Assembly (NCBI GenBank): GCA_002633005.1
Contig: NMRA01000677.1
Coordinates: 124,001 to 188,000 of the forward strand
Length of the DNA: 64,000 nucleotides
Direction of reading: 5' to 3'
Source: Phoronis australis
Lineage: Eukaryota; Animalia; Phoronida
Shown: positions 12,801 to 27,800 of the stretch, in pieces
How positions within the stretch are numbered: the stretch's first letter is position 1
Layout of the letters: the number at the start of each line of letters is the position of its first letter
Program-made: the position numbers and the translations under genes
The notes under the pieces: generated by a model
Seen by the model: only the letters and a program-made list of their open reading frames with translations
Database searches by the model: none
Told to the model about the DNA's origin: nothing

Positions 12801-14220
12801 AACTCTGTCAGTAATATTAGTAATGCACTGTTTTAACTGTGTTAATAAGGTCTGAACATTGTATATTCACCACTAAATTCATTCATTCGCATGGGATATG
12901 TCATGCTGTTGTAAACATGTAATCAAATTGACCTAAAAGAACGTTTTGTGACTAAGAGACACGTGGTCAAAACAGAGTTTCACCAACAATGAGATGAATA
13001 TTTTATATTAGAGCAAGATCAAGTAACTTGATTAATGTTAATTGTATCACATTGTGGACTTGTACGCTGCATTTCATTAAATTCGCACACAAGCAGTTGG
13101 CTATGCTTCATTACTCAGTTGATTTAACACACCCGTCAACTACGAAGTCCATACACTCAGTTTATTTGGCGTTCCCAAATATCAGAAAAATTTACCGTAC
13201 TTTGCAGTCATAAAATGAGAAAATTGGCGGAACATGGTAAATTATGTTTTGGTGTTGATTCGAGTACGATTTTATCGTATAGTATGTCACAGGTGACTAT
13301 TTCTGGCAATTTGCCGAGGTGTTGCATTGCTCTGAATTTTGAATGTGCAGCGACATCTCTTTTTATTCTGAAGACTACTGCTCCCCCTTGTGGTGTTAAC
13401 AGAGTACACTATCTGTGTGTTCAAGTGTTACTTATGGAGATTTTCAAAATTGTAGTTATGTGGATGCCTGGGGTTGATACTGATATAACCAATTTGCCAG
13501 TTCCTTTGTGTGGCCGGATATCAAGACAACTGCCTTATGACTGTTTATTACAAATGCTGGTGGAGTTAATCGTCAGAATCATTCATTATTAATTGTTTAA
13601 CCTGCATAATTCGTTTTGTATCATTTCATTAACGCTTACCCGCATGTTAAATTAATGAACTTGATTTAGATTATAAAAAGTGTGCGTACGCAACGACTCT
13701 TGTGTTTCTGACAACGGTGTTGTTAATGATAATGTATTGAAATATTCATGCCTGGTAGCTGGTGTATGTTTGGCCTATTGAAATGAAGGAACTATATAAA
13801 TAGTGTTTTCTCTTCGAACGGATCATATTCACGTGGGGAGTAACAGACTGAGATGTGTTAACAGGCAGCGACGTGTTCGTATTGTTTTATTGTATAGGAT
13901 TAAATCTGCCTTTCGCCAATAAGAAAATCTGACCATTAGCGACTTTGGCAAAATGTTTCAGAGTTTATTGGGATTGTTCAAGGCTATAATTAGAAATACT
14001 AAACATAGTATGGTAACTCTTCAATTAGTTTGCAAAAATATGGCCGACAAGTGAAATTTTTATTTTGTTAAATTTCTCATAAAAATAAAAATTAAGAAAT
14101 TTGCTGTCTTGTAATCAGCATTGAAAAGTGGAGAATTACAATTTTGCCAACTATTTTGTTACGTAAGGTCAAAGTCGGTTGTTCACAGGGAATAGTGAAA
14201 ATGGTATGTAAAGAACACAG

Positions 14221-14331
14221 CATTAGAAATTGACACATGGGGAAAAGTAAGCACTATTGCAAAACAAGTCCATACGCATTAGAAATTGACACATGGGGAA
14301 AAGTAAGCACTATTGCAAAACAAGTCCATAC
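14221..14331 (+). repeat. 56-bp perfect tandem duplication
   Basis: cattagaaattgacacatggggaaaagtaagcactattgcaaaacaagtccatac occurs twice. Confidence 0.9.
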
Positions 14332-14544
14332 ATAAGTACAATAATTCACATATTTTGCACAAAAAATAATTATCAAACTTGTCAGTTTTACAATTTTCAT
14401 TGGCTGTTAGTCTGCTGCAATTGATGGAAACTACCAAATGTATGACATCTTTGCACTAGAAACAGTGCTAACAGTGTACTTAACTTTTCTTTGTTTTGGT
14501 AGAAAAAATTATAAAAATTTCACTTGTCAATCATATTGTGTGTG

Positions 14545-14930
14545 CTAAATAAAGCCGCATTTATGCGGGAGACAGTTGTCACGGAGCGTGATGGGGTGCA
14601 AGTGTGTGTGCTGACACGACTGACACAGGAGCAAATTGACACAGCAGGGGCCATTTGTGACACCTGTTTGAGAAGTAGAACGAGTTGCACTTGACCAGTT
14701 GCTCCAGTTTCCTCTACAGGTCCAAACACAACTGGGTTAAGGTAGAAGGGATCTACTCTCTTACGCTTGCGTAGCCTATATACGAGTGATTCGCGAGCAT
14801 TCTACTTAGTTTAGAGATTCGCTATTGTTTGTTTGCGCATTCAGTTTTTGTGTAAATGACTTATGCTGATCCAGTTTTCGATCTAATGTCGTGTAAATGT
14901 AACTAAAGTGGAGCAAGTCTCGCCGTGATA
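14545..14930 (+). repeat. Dispersed repeat with inverted copy at about 40190-40600
   Basis: ggagacagttgtca, gagttgcact..cagttgctccagt, aaacacaactggg and tgtgtaaatgact..gatctaatgt are reverse-complemented at 40190-40600. Confidence 0.7.
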
Positions 14931-15279
14931 GCTCTCACCGTGACGACTACTCCTAATTGTGAAAACAACTTAAGTGAACAACTACGGCAACCTGAACCAA
15001 TGTACCATTTCCAAGTCATGATGAGTCATTCTAAGCTAAGCTGACTGATTTCTGCTGCACTCATGACAGAGAATTTCACTTGCACTCAGATGTCATGATG
15101 CACCATTCAAGCTCTGATATGGAATTTCCCTGTGATCATGATGAGGGAATTCCTGGTCATTTTGTTCTGTTATTTTAGGTTTGTACTGTGCATTTGCTTT
15201 ATAAAAACTTGCTAATATTGCAGTACTACTGCAGAAAAGATTTCAATTTCTATTTTTTATATGTCCACAAATACGTGGG

Positions 15280-16570
15280 CTTATTATGCTGTCATCTCTG
15301 TCCACCGGTATCCAATACCGTTTGAAGTATGTTCATAAAATTGTACAGATATGTTCCTTTCATGGATGGGACTGCATAAGCGAATTTGTGAACGCGTCTG
15401 GCTACCGATATGCTCCCTAGTGGCAATTTTAGTTTTCTGTCCGTCGGTCTGGCGTCCGCTGCTGTACCTTCAAAACCCTATGATGCTTGTTCATGAAATT
15501 GTGCAGATACATTTCCTTCATAGATGAGACAGCATAAACGAATTTTCAGACTGTTCCGACTACCAATGTGTCCCCTAGAGACAATTTTATTTTTTTACGT
15601 TCGTATCTGTATCTTCAGAATTGACTTAACGGATTTTCATGAAATTTGGTAATTAGGTATCTATTAGGAAGATGGCACCAACTTCACTTTTTTTGAAGAG
15701 ATTTAATGTATTTGCACCACCTAGTGGCCATTTTTACCATTTTGAGTCTGTTTGGCGTTCGCCCCTCTATAGGCCAAACCATTGTAAGGGTGATTATGAA
15801 AATCAATATGTATGCTCCTACTAGGAAGAAGATGATTGATGATAATTTTCGGACAGCTCTGTTTTTTGTGGCTTCTACTAGTTGTAGTTTTGTTTTTTTT
15901 CCGTCAAAGGATGTATCTCTACAGCATCTTTCTTAAATTTGACAAAGGTATTTATATGAGGGTGACAGCAAGTGAGGACGACTTTCAGACAGATCTAACT
16001 AACTGCTATGCCCCAAGTGACAAATTTTTTTTTTCATTTCCCTTCATATATTTGGAGTTACTGTACGGAGTTTTATGAAATTTGCCAAATAGATTTCTAT
16101 TAAAGACCCGGTGACATCTTTGAGTTTTCAGAGGTAAAAAAAGATGATGACGGCATTCGGCCAGATCCGACTACCACTGTCACCCCTAGTGCCATTTATT
16201 TTTTCTGTTTGCCTCTGTATCTTTGGAGCTCTTTGATGAATTTTTATGGAATTTGATAAATAGATCTCTACTAATGGGACGATGACACCTTCTTGTTTTC
16301 AGGTGGATTTTACGTAGTGTACCTTCCTAGTGGCTTTTTTTATTATGTTTGAGTTGTCCGTCTCTCTGCTAGCCAAACTCTTCTAAGAATCATTTTAATG
16401 AAAATTGGTAAATGTCTTCCCACTGGGAAGAGCATCGATGATGATTTCTTAAAATTTTGACTGTTTGCTTTTTCCCGATAGGATCTTTGTGAAATTTGGT
16501 TTGTGTATTTCTATGAACGTGACAAATGAATACCACTCTGCCGCCTAGTGCTAGTTTTAATTTTCTTACA
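15280..16570 (+). repeat. Degenerate tandem array (units roughly 150-180 bp), Helitron/Helentron-associated satellite-like
   Basis: Recurring ttcatgaaatt(t)g and ccctagtggc motifs plus ctgtccgtc-type motifs. Confidence 0.6.
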
Positions 16571-19500
16571 TTTTTTGGGCATGTGTTCCTATTGAAGAGA
16601 GTGCTGCTGATTTGCTTTAGGTCCCCTAAAGGCTATTTTAAGTTTACTTGTCTAGCATTGGTCCATTTGGTGGGAATGTTTAAAATAGTAATCATGGCCC
16701 TTATAATTTGAGCTATATTCAATGCACATAGTGGCCACTTATCAAGGCTCTGGTTTGTTCTTGTTTAAGTAACAACTAGAACCAGTGTCATTGTGCTTTT
16801 AAATGCCACCAGACTTTACTGTTGATGGCGGGGACTGATGCAGTCATGATAAAGTACTTTTAAACTCACTTATAAATGATTTCCAACTATAAGCTGTGAG
16901 GACTATTACGTCTAATCAAATGGAAGTGTCTGCAATGACGTCATGACTACCACTCAGTCATCACCCCATGCTACATTTGTTGAAGATAATGTTAAAAAAT
17001 TGGTTGCCATGGTTGTGATTACATAACATTGCTATAGGAGGACAGCTGAAGTCCAGGGTAAAATAACATTAATTGAATACTTACAGTGACAGCCTTAGGA
17101 CATTTTGACTGAAGGGAAAAATTTCTGTTTCTATTCTGAGTGGCTTATGGATCTTGCATTTATAGTTGTGTTTCGCCAACTTAGCTTCTTGTACTGTACT
17201 GTAAGGATTACAAAATACAACATGGTTTTTGGCGTCAGTTCCCATATTTTCGTTCTGTTCTTTGATAAATTTTGCAATACTGGGATATTCCTGACCAGGT
17301 TTGAACCTGTGCCCTTTGGGTGCATCTGATGATAAAAAGTGTGCCTTTCTTTCAAAAAGTTGTGCCCAGTAGACTTAGTGTAATTGAAGTGGTAACACAA
17401 AACAGAAACCCCGAGGGCAATCAAAATAAGAACAGAATCATGTTTTACCCGGCTGGCAGTAAGTTGACTAGAATTTTGCAGTTTTGGAAGATTGTTGCGT
17501 TTTAAAAGATGCATCCTGGGAGGTGCACTGCTGCAATGTACTTACGCCTTTTCATTTTTTATTTGCTAATGCCGCAAAGGTGCAGTCCAGGAATATCCCT
17601 GCAATGTTGGCCTTTGACAGCTTTTAAATAAAAATCGCTAGTGTAATTTTAATTTGGTCATTGATCATTGGAAGTAGAAGACCACCATCTGTTGAAGGTA
17701 ATTTTACGGTATGTATAATTATGTATAATGTTAAAAGGGCAGGCTACCCTGTGCCTGTCCTGGATATGTTTATGTTATTTAGAAATGGCTGTGAAGTTTG
17801 TCAAGATGCCTGCAATACTTCTAGTAGCTGCCACGGGTGGCGCTGTTGTCCACAAATGGCCAAACATAACGGAGGTTAGTAACCCACACTAGGTGTTTTG
17901 ACAGTTGCTAGCAAAAAATGAAAAATATATTATGATTTATATCTCCACATTTCGCAGTAATGGCACGGTTGGTGGTTTTGATGTCATTACTAAAAATAGC
18001 AACAATCGGATAATTGGGAAGGAAAAACAGGTCACATACGTAGTGGGAGGTACAGCAATGTTGTAAGTTGATTTAAAGACCTGTGGTTTTTAGGTAGAGA
18101 GTTTCCTTAAGGTTACGTAAGACCTTATCAACAAGTCTGAAAATTTAGCCAAATCTCTGCAAAGTTTTAAAATTTAACGCGGCGAAAGTAAATACATTTT
18201 CTCAAAGTAGAAATTCCGTAAAATTTGATTTTTAACTTTATACCAATTTGCAACTAATATGGTCACAAGACCTTGTTTTTTAAGAAATTTTAGCAAAAAA
18301 GTACATTCATAGAAAGCAATCAATAGCGTGAGCAAGTTTCGATTGATATAAATGTTCAAGATAAAATCTCAAAAACGCTGTTATTGTTTTCTAAGTTATC
18401 ATTTTGTTTTCATTTTAGCCAACTCAAAATTGTTTTCATAAAAGTCATTTAAGTTCGACTTTTTAATAGTCTCTCATTCAAATTTGGAGCATTTTAAAAA
18501 CAATTCCATGTCATAAGGAGGGTATTAATACGAAATTTTTGAATTTTTACTAGTTTAAACTTTTCTGCTTAAGCCTTTAGTTCTTGGCTTGTATTTTGGT
18601 AAAAAATGAAATTGATTGCCTTTTTGACAGATCTCATCACTGGAAATCATTTACTCTATATCAGTGGTCAGCACTCTGGAATGGAATGGTAGCCAACTCC
18701 AAACAACTCAGTCTTATTGCATTGAATGGGCTTCTTATCACACCTCTTATGAAAGAACATTAGTCAGAACTAACAATAAGCCAGGTAGCCAATATGATTT
18801 TGCCACAGGGATGCACTGATGATTTAAGAAAAAAGCGCATTGTTGCGGTGTAGTTGCGTTGGCACTATTTTAGGGTAGAACTTTCTGTGTGGTATCTTTT
18901 TACTATTTACAGTAAAACTAGAGTATTACGTGATCAGATTTTTAGTAGGAATTCACCTAAAAGTAGTATGTGATGTCTTGATTAATCTTCAAAAGCTTAA
19001 CTGTTAACTCTGTTCGTTATCTCACTGAGGCAATACGCTCGTGTCAATTTGCCATGTATTGATCAATTTTTTAAATAAATCACGCTGTTCAGAATCTAGT
19101 AGAAAACAAAAGTTTATGGTAACTTTTTTCTGAAATCAGCACTGAATATTGAGTGTTAGTCAAATTTCAAAAACAAAGTTCACTAGTAAGCTATATTGTC
19201 TTAAAAATGTTCAAATATGTTCAAATATCTTTGCTTTTCTTTTTCATGAGTCTTGAGTAATGTCCAAAATACTAAGTAATGAATTTGTACATTCTTTAAA
19301 AAGCGGTATGTGGAAAAATGTTTCTACCTTCTTTATTATGTGAGTAAATAATGAATGTGCCACTGTCCTCGAACTTTCCAACTTAAATGACTCAGCCAAC
19401 TGTCACCTATCTCCTAATTTAATAAATTTGCTTGGGGATATCACTCATTGAGTTATTCGCAAAATTTGTATTATAATTAAGTTGTTCAAACACCAACATA

Positions 19501-22500
19501 CCTACTATTTGGATAAGTCTTTGGCATGACATCATCGTTGCCATGGCGAAATATTGATCAATAGTAAAACAGCTGGTGGCATTAATTTGAATGTAAATTA
19601 AAAACAATTAAAAACCTAATTGTACGCTTACACCCAATGGTTTGACGTAAAACTCAGTTGGAAGTGTTGAAATTGACCAATCAACATTTAAGCTCAGCAG
19701 TGTACATCAACTGTGAATCAAAGATGCAGGTGGATGGTTTTCACAATTTTATTATCAAAAATTCACATTAAGGCTATTTTATCAGTGATGTGATTAGGAA
19801 TGGAAAATTATTTATATCTCTTTCAATCATTTTTACTTGAGATTAGTTATAATTTGCATCTTTAAAGTGCACATCTTCTACACAATGCACATGGGACAGT
19901 GCTTTTATGTTAAAATTTCAGGAAAGCCTTTCCCACTAACGTTGATGCTTTGATGTTTCGTGTTTTGGGGAGCTTTGGTCAGTTGGATCAAAGCTAATAG
20001 CTCAAGTTAACTCTGCAGTAAACAGCGAAGCACTGACATATTACTATGGTGGGAATGCTGCCAGGCATCACTACTATGACAACGGGGCATGTTTGGCCAC
20101 CTTACTATAACTTCGGTGACGATAGCGCCGCCTTGCAGTAATGCTGGATTTAACTTGAAGGAATAAGGCCAAGTGTTATTCAAGTAAACTAAAATGATAT
20201 GGAATGCACGTTTTGAACTTTTGACTTAAGTACCGAGTCTATTTCTGTACCTACTCCTGTCTGATGCATGATGTGTAGAAAGTGAAATTTATAGTTAAAA
20301 ATCCATCATGGAAAATGGTTGTTAATAAAAGATTCTAGAGGTCAAAGTACAGATTTTAGTCATGCTGGAGAGTTACTGGTTCATTGTATGTTGGCTTTCG
20401 TCCTGACAAGAGAGGGACATTTCCGCAAGGAAGAAAAGAAAAGAAAAGGTGCTTGTAAGCTGTTAACAAAGTTCCCTGTTATCTTCTGTAAAGTTTTATT
20501 ATGACTACGTTTACATTCATTAGTTCAGAAACAAAGATCACAAGATTTGAGTTGGGTATTTTTTGCTCATTTGGAATCGGTCAGTTGTGTTCTTTTAATT
20601 ACTTGTTACAGAAAGCAATTGGGAATATCTTGCTTGCGTGCTTTTTGGACTTATTTTGATTATTGTATTAGTTCTTGTTATGTATACATAAAGTGACACT
20701 CAGAATTAGTTTCCTGGAATGCTGTGATATCATTGGCTGATGAGGTTTTGTTTACAAGTGATGTGAAGGTCCACTAAAGTGCAGATATGTTAATTAGGCC
20801 CCGGAACAAGCATGCAGAAATTGTATTCTTGTCCTGGTCAAGTATTGATTTCTTGCGAATTTTTATTCAGTCGACTGTCTTTATCTGCGCGTCTTAGTTT
20901 TTCGGTATGACTATATTAAAATGCGTTCCTAGGCAACCACTTGTATTCCTCGCGCGTATTTGTCGTGTTTCTGTGCATTTCTACGTCACTTGCCTATCCC
21001 AACTGGTTATCTGATGAGAGTCCTGTTGTAGTAGATTTGAATAGATTCAGAGAAGAATAAGCCTGTTCGTATTGTCCTTAAGGCTTCAGGCATTAGGGAT
21101 CACAGCTGCAAACTTTCCAGACCAGTAAGTTGTCTGTAGCTCAAAACCACGTGGAATACCCCACCTGAATATTGGATGTGATTGCCAAGCAGCTGGGCTA
21201 CTATTGAATCTAGCGCTCACGAATGGCCTCATACTGGTTTGTAGACTGTTGTATCTATGAGGACGTTCTCCTGTTGCAGTGCTCTTTGCTCAAGGGGGTC
21301 TTTGCTTTTGCGATCAGGAATTTTGGAGTAGCTGGGTCACTGTGCAACAGTCAGTGAAAGGTGACCAGTGAATGGATTATGTAACAGATGACTTGGACAA
21401 GCATGGAATCCAAGACAGGTATTAGCAGTAATTTGTGTTGCCTTTGTGATTACATGTCATAATTCTGTTCTATGTATCAGCCTAGCAGTAATGCTGGTCT
21501 TAGTTGTCAGCTGAGTGCATTTTTTCTGATTTCGTGCTTGCTTAGATAACTGTCTGTGTAATAATGCATAAGCATTGATGAGGTTTTATGAAATGAACAG
21601 CTGATTGGGTTTCAAACTAAACTAGGTATCACAGTCTGTTGTTAAGATTTGCTGTTCTAGGTGTATAGCTGGGGATGGGGATATGGTTTAATGAGTGAAA
21701 ACAGGGATTGTCCTAATTTCCCTGCTAGTCATTTTTAAAGTCCAGTTATTTTGTAGGATGAGATGCGTGCTTCTCACAACCTCACATTTTAGTGATATGT
21801 ATTGAGAGTTCAGTGGAAATTGTGATTTGAAAGCAAGCATATGCATTGCCGTATTTAAGTCGGTGCACCCTTATGCAAAATACTAGACTAACATAATGAT
21901 GTCGGCATCTCAGCGTTACTTTTGTATATATGCAATTAGGTTGATTCTTTGTACGTGAGCGTGGATTAATCTGACCATTCTCAGTGTGATTGAAGTCCAT
22001 TTACGATCATTTTTATTCATTTAGATACGGTACTTTTAATATTCTGTTGAATATATAAAAGCGTGCACTGTTTTGTAACATTCAAGTACTATTTTAAAAA
22101 CTTGCTCCTTGGTTTTTACTAAGTGTTTGTCAAATAGAGTAATTGTCCAATTATTTAGCACACTCGTTGCATTCCACACACCCAAAGTTATTTGAAAAAA
22201 TGATATTTTGTCCCTCACTTATTTCGCACGAGGTTACTTGGTGGGAATTTCTTGCCTCACCCAATTCCCACACAGTCAGTTTTGCACTTCGGAGAATATC
22301 AAACAAATGTCTGTAATGAATTCTATGGCAACCATTCTGTAATTTGGGACAAAAACATTTGCTAAAATTGCCATGTTTCTATTTTACTGAGACTTAACAC
22401 ATTGTTGCAAAATAATGCCCAAAATTTTACAAACTGTTGTTTGATTATAGCTACACCTTACAAACCATGCTAATTTTTCCTGAAAAGTTGTTTCTGTTGA

Positions 22501-23664
22501 GAAATTTGACAAAATGAAATTTCACACGTCTGCCATGACTTTGTGTCTCAGTCTGTGTATAGAAATTTGTTGGTAGACCTGCAAAAGCGTGTAGAGGAAG
22601 TGGCGAGTTGGTTGTTACAGGGAAGGGGTGTAATGTGTCACGTGAACCCCTACTTGAGTGGCTGGCTTTGGTTCAGTTGTTGACACACATGCACAGTGGA
22701 TTTTGGTGAAAATTACATAGACATTAAGGTTAAGAAAGGTGATTTTCTGAGGTCTGTCTCTGCTCAGATTCAAACCTGTAACCGCCGTGTCATAGCCTGA
22801 CGTTCTGCTTGCGGAGCTAAATCTCACTTGATAAGTGGCAGAGGTGTATTTTTAACCGTAATTAAATGGTCATGTCTGCGGTTATTATTTCAGTGAATGT
22901 CTGATAAAAAACCCATGAGAATTGAAGATTTGTAACAAAATCACAAAAACAATATCTTTTATGTTCTTTTGTAGCTCTCAGAGTATTAACTTCGAAAAAT
23001 CTCTATCGAATCCCTTTCAGTAATCTTAAAAATGAGTTTTTCAGCCGAAAATTTCTTTTTGTGCACCTTTAAAAGCAGTGAAATGGAAGGATTCGTAACT
23101 AAATGTATCTTAAATGTGCTCTTCCAGGTCTTAGTATCAGAAACCCTGTCTGTAGGTTCTAAACGCTTAAATGGGTTATTGCCAAGTTGAACAATCAAGT
23201 CTGTGAAATAAGAGAAGGGAGATGTTGAATTGGTTGACGGTGGGCGCTTATTAGGGGAATTGTTATATATTTATAGCATTCTACGCAGGGAAATGCCTGG
23301 GTCAACATTGCTACCTCCAAAAATTTCATGTGGAAATTTTGATTTACAGCTCAAAACCAGAAAACTCAGCTCAAAATATACACCCTAATATCGCTTTTAG
23401 CAGTGTTGTTAAATTTTCGTTGGTTTCTTAGTTGAAATTTTTGCTCTTTTAAGCAAACTGTACCAAGACGAAAATTACTCGAAAGCCAGATCGACCAAGC
23501 CCAATTTCAAGTCAAATTTCATTGACTAGTATGATTTTCAGGTCGAAATTGCAAAATGCATGTGTAAATTCTCCATCTAGCAATCGTGTCAATTCCTGTG
23601 TTCATTTGATCCACTATTCTCCTGGGACACAATTTCATGTGGTGCAGTTCAGTGATAATAACTG

Positions 23665-23892
23665 TTCACGTGTTCACCTAGGCTTTGTCTTCCACTGCAG
23701 GAAGTATCCCTCCACCAGATCCCTCCATTGTTTTCGGTTCTTAGCTGTCCTTGGCCATGTTGCCCCATCTCTCTGCATGATGTTGTCTCGCCGTCGTCTC
23801 TTTGGTCTCCCCCTTGTTCTCTTGTCTTTTCTGGGCTGCCATTCGGTTGTCCTCAGAGTCCACCTGTTATCCTTCATTTTTGCCACATGACC
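23665..23892 (-). mobile_element. RTE-clade LINE, 5'-truncated 3' end
   Basis: Encodes AKMKDNRWTLRTTEWQPRKDKRTRGRPKRRRRDNI...WPRTAKNRKQWRDLVEGYFLQW, the typical RTE ORF C-terminus, with a short gtgaac repeat tail. Confidence 0.9.
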
Positions 23893-24667
23893 ATGATAAT
23901 AACTATAGCTGTAAAACTTTTCTTGTACTTTATTTTGAAAGTGAGCTGCTTATCACTTTCAGGTTTCCCTTTGAGTACGATTTATTAACTATTGAATTCA
24001 ATATTATCTTTTATTTTTATCTTGTGCTGTGTAATAGTTTGATTTTAATATTTTGTGGGTAGATAACGACAACGTACCAAGTCGGAGAACAGTTCTTTTG
24101 CTATTCTGACGTATCTTTCATGATTATTAATTACGTAAAAGCTAAATTTAATGCATTATATCCAGCTTGTGTTATGCGAACCCTTAATCTGTGTTGCTAT
24201 TTATTGAAAGCCAGTTTCCCGCTGTCCAACGACTGGAATCATAAGTGTCCAGCTTATCGGAAAACGTGGGTTATTCTTAAATGTGTGTGTAAATTTAACT
24301 GGCTAAGCATGTGTGGTGTACTATTTATGTCTGTTCAATTGTCTTAGGTAACGTCAGAGCTTTGCAGAACTTTAGTATGCTTGGCAATTTACTGGAAAAG
24401 GATTTTCTTTTCCTAGAATGTGAACTCAATAAACGTTTTTCATTGCAATATTTCATAAGTAAGCACGTCAAGCATGAAACATTGTTCATTTAATTACATC
24501 AGTTTGTCTGTAACTGCACTTGTTAAAATCAATTTTCATTGAAATTGATAACAAATATGCAAATTGAATGGTTGGAATGTTTTAACTAAGGGAAATTAGA
24601 GATGGTTGAAGTGTTTGTAAAATATTTGATGGATTTCGTGTTTTGTGATAGCATGAGGTCACGTAAG

Positions 24668-24824
24668 CAGTGTTTGAACTTCAGCAAATAAATGTGTTGG
24701 CCAGCCGGTCCAGTTAGTCTGAAAATTTACTGGCCCAGGTGCCAAGGTAACTATTAAAAGTTACTGGCCTGGCCGCAAATCCACTGGCCCCAGGACACCA
24801 GGCCAGCGCGTATTTCGAGCGCTG
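24668..24824. mobile_element. Small hAT-like MITE
   Basis: TIR cagtgtttgaa / ttcgagcgctg with internal tggcc repeats. Confidence 0.5.
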
Positions 24825-27800
24825 GGTGTAAGTTTAGATTATGGGACTGAAATTGACACAAGTTGCAACTTGACCCATATCGCATCAATATCCAGGTAAT
24901 CTAAAGTGGTTGAGGCGAGCAATTTCGGTCACTCTAGGTGTAACTCGTTACTGATGTAAACGTCTGGGTGCTTAAATTGGGAAATTCAAAAATCCGTGGT
25001 GAGCATTTCGCTGAGCTAGGGCGTTCAAAAACAAAATTTTTGAGAAATCGGCATTGGCGTTTTACCCAACAATCAATTTTCTCACGTAAACACCTACACC
25101 TAGGTCGTTTTTGCACTCAGGTGTAATATTAGATTGTGCGTGGGCAAAAAGTGGTTGTTTTTTCGCTTGAATGTGACAAGGAGCTGCTGACACTGACTGG
25201 TTGGTTACCTGCAGGCGAATGAGTTCCATACGATTTGGAAGATAAAAACTGCTTATGAGATTGGCATTTACAAAAACTCAACAAGCGCTTTTTAGGAAGT
25301 TTGTCGTGTAAACTGTGGCAGGCTGGGTACTTAGCTGAGCAAGTGGGCATTTAAAATTGAAAATTTTGGAATTTATAGGTGCATTGTTCCAGATGAGTGT
25401 GGTATTTCAATCTAAACATAGTTTTCTTTCGAGTTTTTCTATAAAACAAACAAAACAAGAATGCTGTTCAAACTTTTTGCCTAATGCCTCAGCAGTATTT
25501 GTTCCCTACGTTACTGTGGAATTCATTTGCTGAATCTATTTCCACTAAATTCTACCATTAAGAAGACTGCCATGCCTTCACCATAAGAATTGCAGAGTCA
25601 ATTATATCAACAAATTTAAGGGATAGTTGATTACGAAGGGGACGGCTACTATAGAATCGCCCTGCCATATTGATACATCAAAAAAGTTGTACGCACAACC
25701 TGTTTTAGTTGTCATCTAAAAGTGCTGGCTGTTTTAGTTTCTATGTTAATCCAAGCATTCCTCAGTCTAGTGCCTGGAGCGACAGCATTCAGTTTACAAG
25801 TTGTACTATTGTCTCATCTCAGTTTTGCATGGTTTATTGAATAGTTCATGTTAAACCATCTCACCGGGTCACCAGCACAGCAACACATGTGCACATATTG
25901 TAGTCACCCATTCACAGGACAGACTCCACCACTGAGAGGGTTGATACTAGGAGATTGGTATATATGGCCAGACTACGTACATGTGGAAGAGTGCTAAAGA
26001 GTGCTTTCTCCAACCTAATGTGTAAGGACAGGATTCGTTTTATGGATTGGTTAGAAATCCTATGAAAGGGTACGTTTGCATTTTTCCACTGAACTAACTC
26101 TCCGCCAGGTTCTCATATTTTATTTAGGTTTCTGAGGTTAAAAAGGTATTGCGCAAAGGGAGGATTTTTTAATTTTATTTCAATAAATTAAGCTTTTTGT
26201 CAGCTTTAAAACTCCTGAAGGATTATGTTTGTCATTCAGAGTTACGGGACTTTTTCCATGAAGTGCGCAACAACAGCCCGTCTCCCCTCAGGTCGTCTCA
26301 AACTTCATATTTCCTCTACTCATAGCTCTCACCATTAGTTAGCACTACCTGGGGTACGTTTTTTTATCCGTTGGTGTTGTGTTAAGTGGGTATCCATTGT
26401 CTAATTCCCACATCTCTGATTCAACTTTCAACTCTCGCCTTTTGTGTGCGTAGAAAATTGTTTTGAATAATTGACTGAATTTTCGAAAGGTAGAGCGGCT
26501 AACGCACTTGGTAAGTCGAGATGGGCGTGTGGGAATACTGATTTATCACGCCTTACTCAGCTTTTCAAAAATACTGATGTCTGCTTTCCAGCTAAATTTG
26601 CCACTGTAAAACTTTAATGGTATATGAACAATGAATGCCAAACGATTACCAATGATGGACTGGACAGCTGCAGTGTACAGTGGATTGTTCCGCGAAGTCA
26701 GGCCACGCCCACCTCAGGCACCGTTGTGATGATCCCAGTAGTCAATGGCTACATAGCGGAAATCCTTTGCGAGCGTATTTGACAGCAACACATTATTTCT
26801 CTCTGATGCGGTTTTGGTCATATTTCACTGAAACTGTTAACATATATACTCGCATTATTAAAATGAGTCTTGGGAAAGTGAGCAAACTGTTGCACGCAGT
26901 GTTTTTTTCATAAATTATGCCTTTGTACCTAGTTTAAGAGACTCAGCCCTTTGACACGTCTGAAGCTTCATTTGCAGTTGTCAGATCGATTCAAACTGGT
27001 ATTGTTTTGGATTATACATTTGTGCTTGATCACAAGACCTAGCAGCTTTGGCAAGTTATTTCATAACTCAAATAACAGGACATTATGACACTCGTCGGTA
27101 TCAGCTTACTGTGAAATGTTATGCTAGGAGAATTTCATTCATTTTGCGCCTGTTTATCCAGACGTAAATATATACTTTTTGCTGATGTGAAGTCAACTAC
27201 ATGCTTTATTAACCATAATCATCGCTGTTTGTGATTTGTTTGTAATTATTTTTTATGTCTGAAAATGCATTTTTGGGATTGTTGGCTGGAATAGGCTACA
27301 GGAACTTATAAGCTTTGACCTAATCAGTAAATCGACAAAATCGGCTGTGTTTTTGTAATTTCATTACAAATCGCTATCGTCTGCTAAGCATTTGGTGAAA
27401 TCAGTGGCAAAGCGTTAAGCTGCTTAATTGCGGAGACAGTGGGTTTGAGTCCATGCTGCGAATTTATCTAAAATTACTTTTCTAACCTAGAATGTCCCTG
27501 TAGCCCCTTTTTCAAAAATTGTCTAGTTTTAAAACTTAACTTTAAAATCGATGAAAATTTCAAATTGTACCTCAGGTCTGTCATGCCTGATTTTCCAAGT
27601 CTGTCAGATCGTCAACTCTTAAACTGTTGGAAGGTAAGACACCCAGTGATGAGTCAGTGCCTGATTTTGTTTGGAATTTATGATTTATTTGCTCTTAAAC
27701 TGTTGGATGAGAAGATATCAACTGATATCACAATCCACCAAAATGACTCTGCGTATCCTGGCTACTAATCTAGACGACAGGTTGTGCTCAATGAAACAGT

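Noticed and set aside
14221-16570. CRISPR-like repeat array
   Set aside because: Eukaryotic context; units are tandem or degenerate with no unique spacers and no cas genes.
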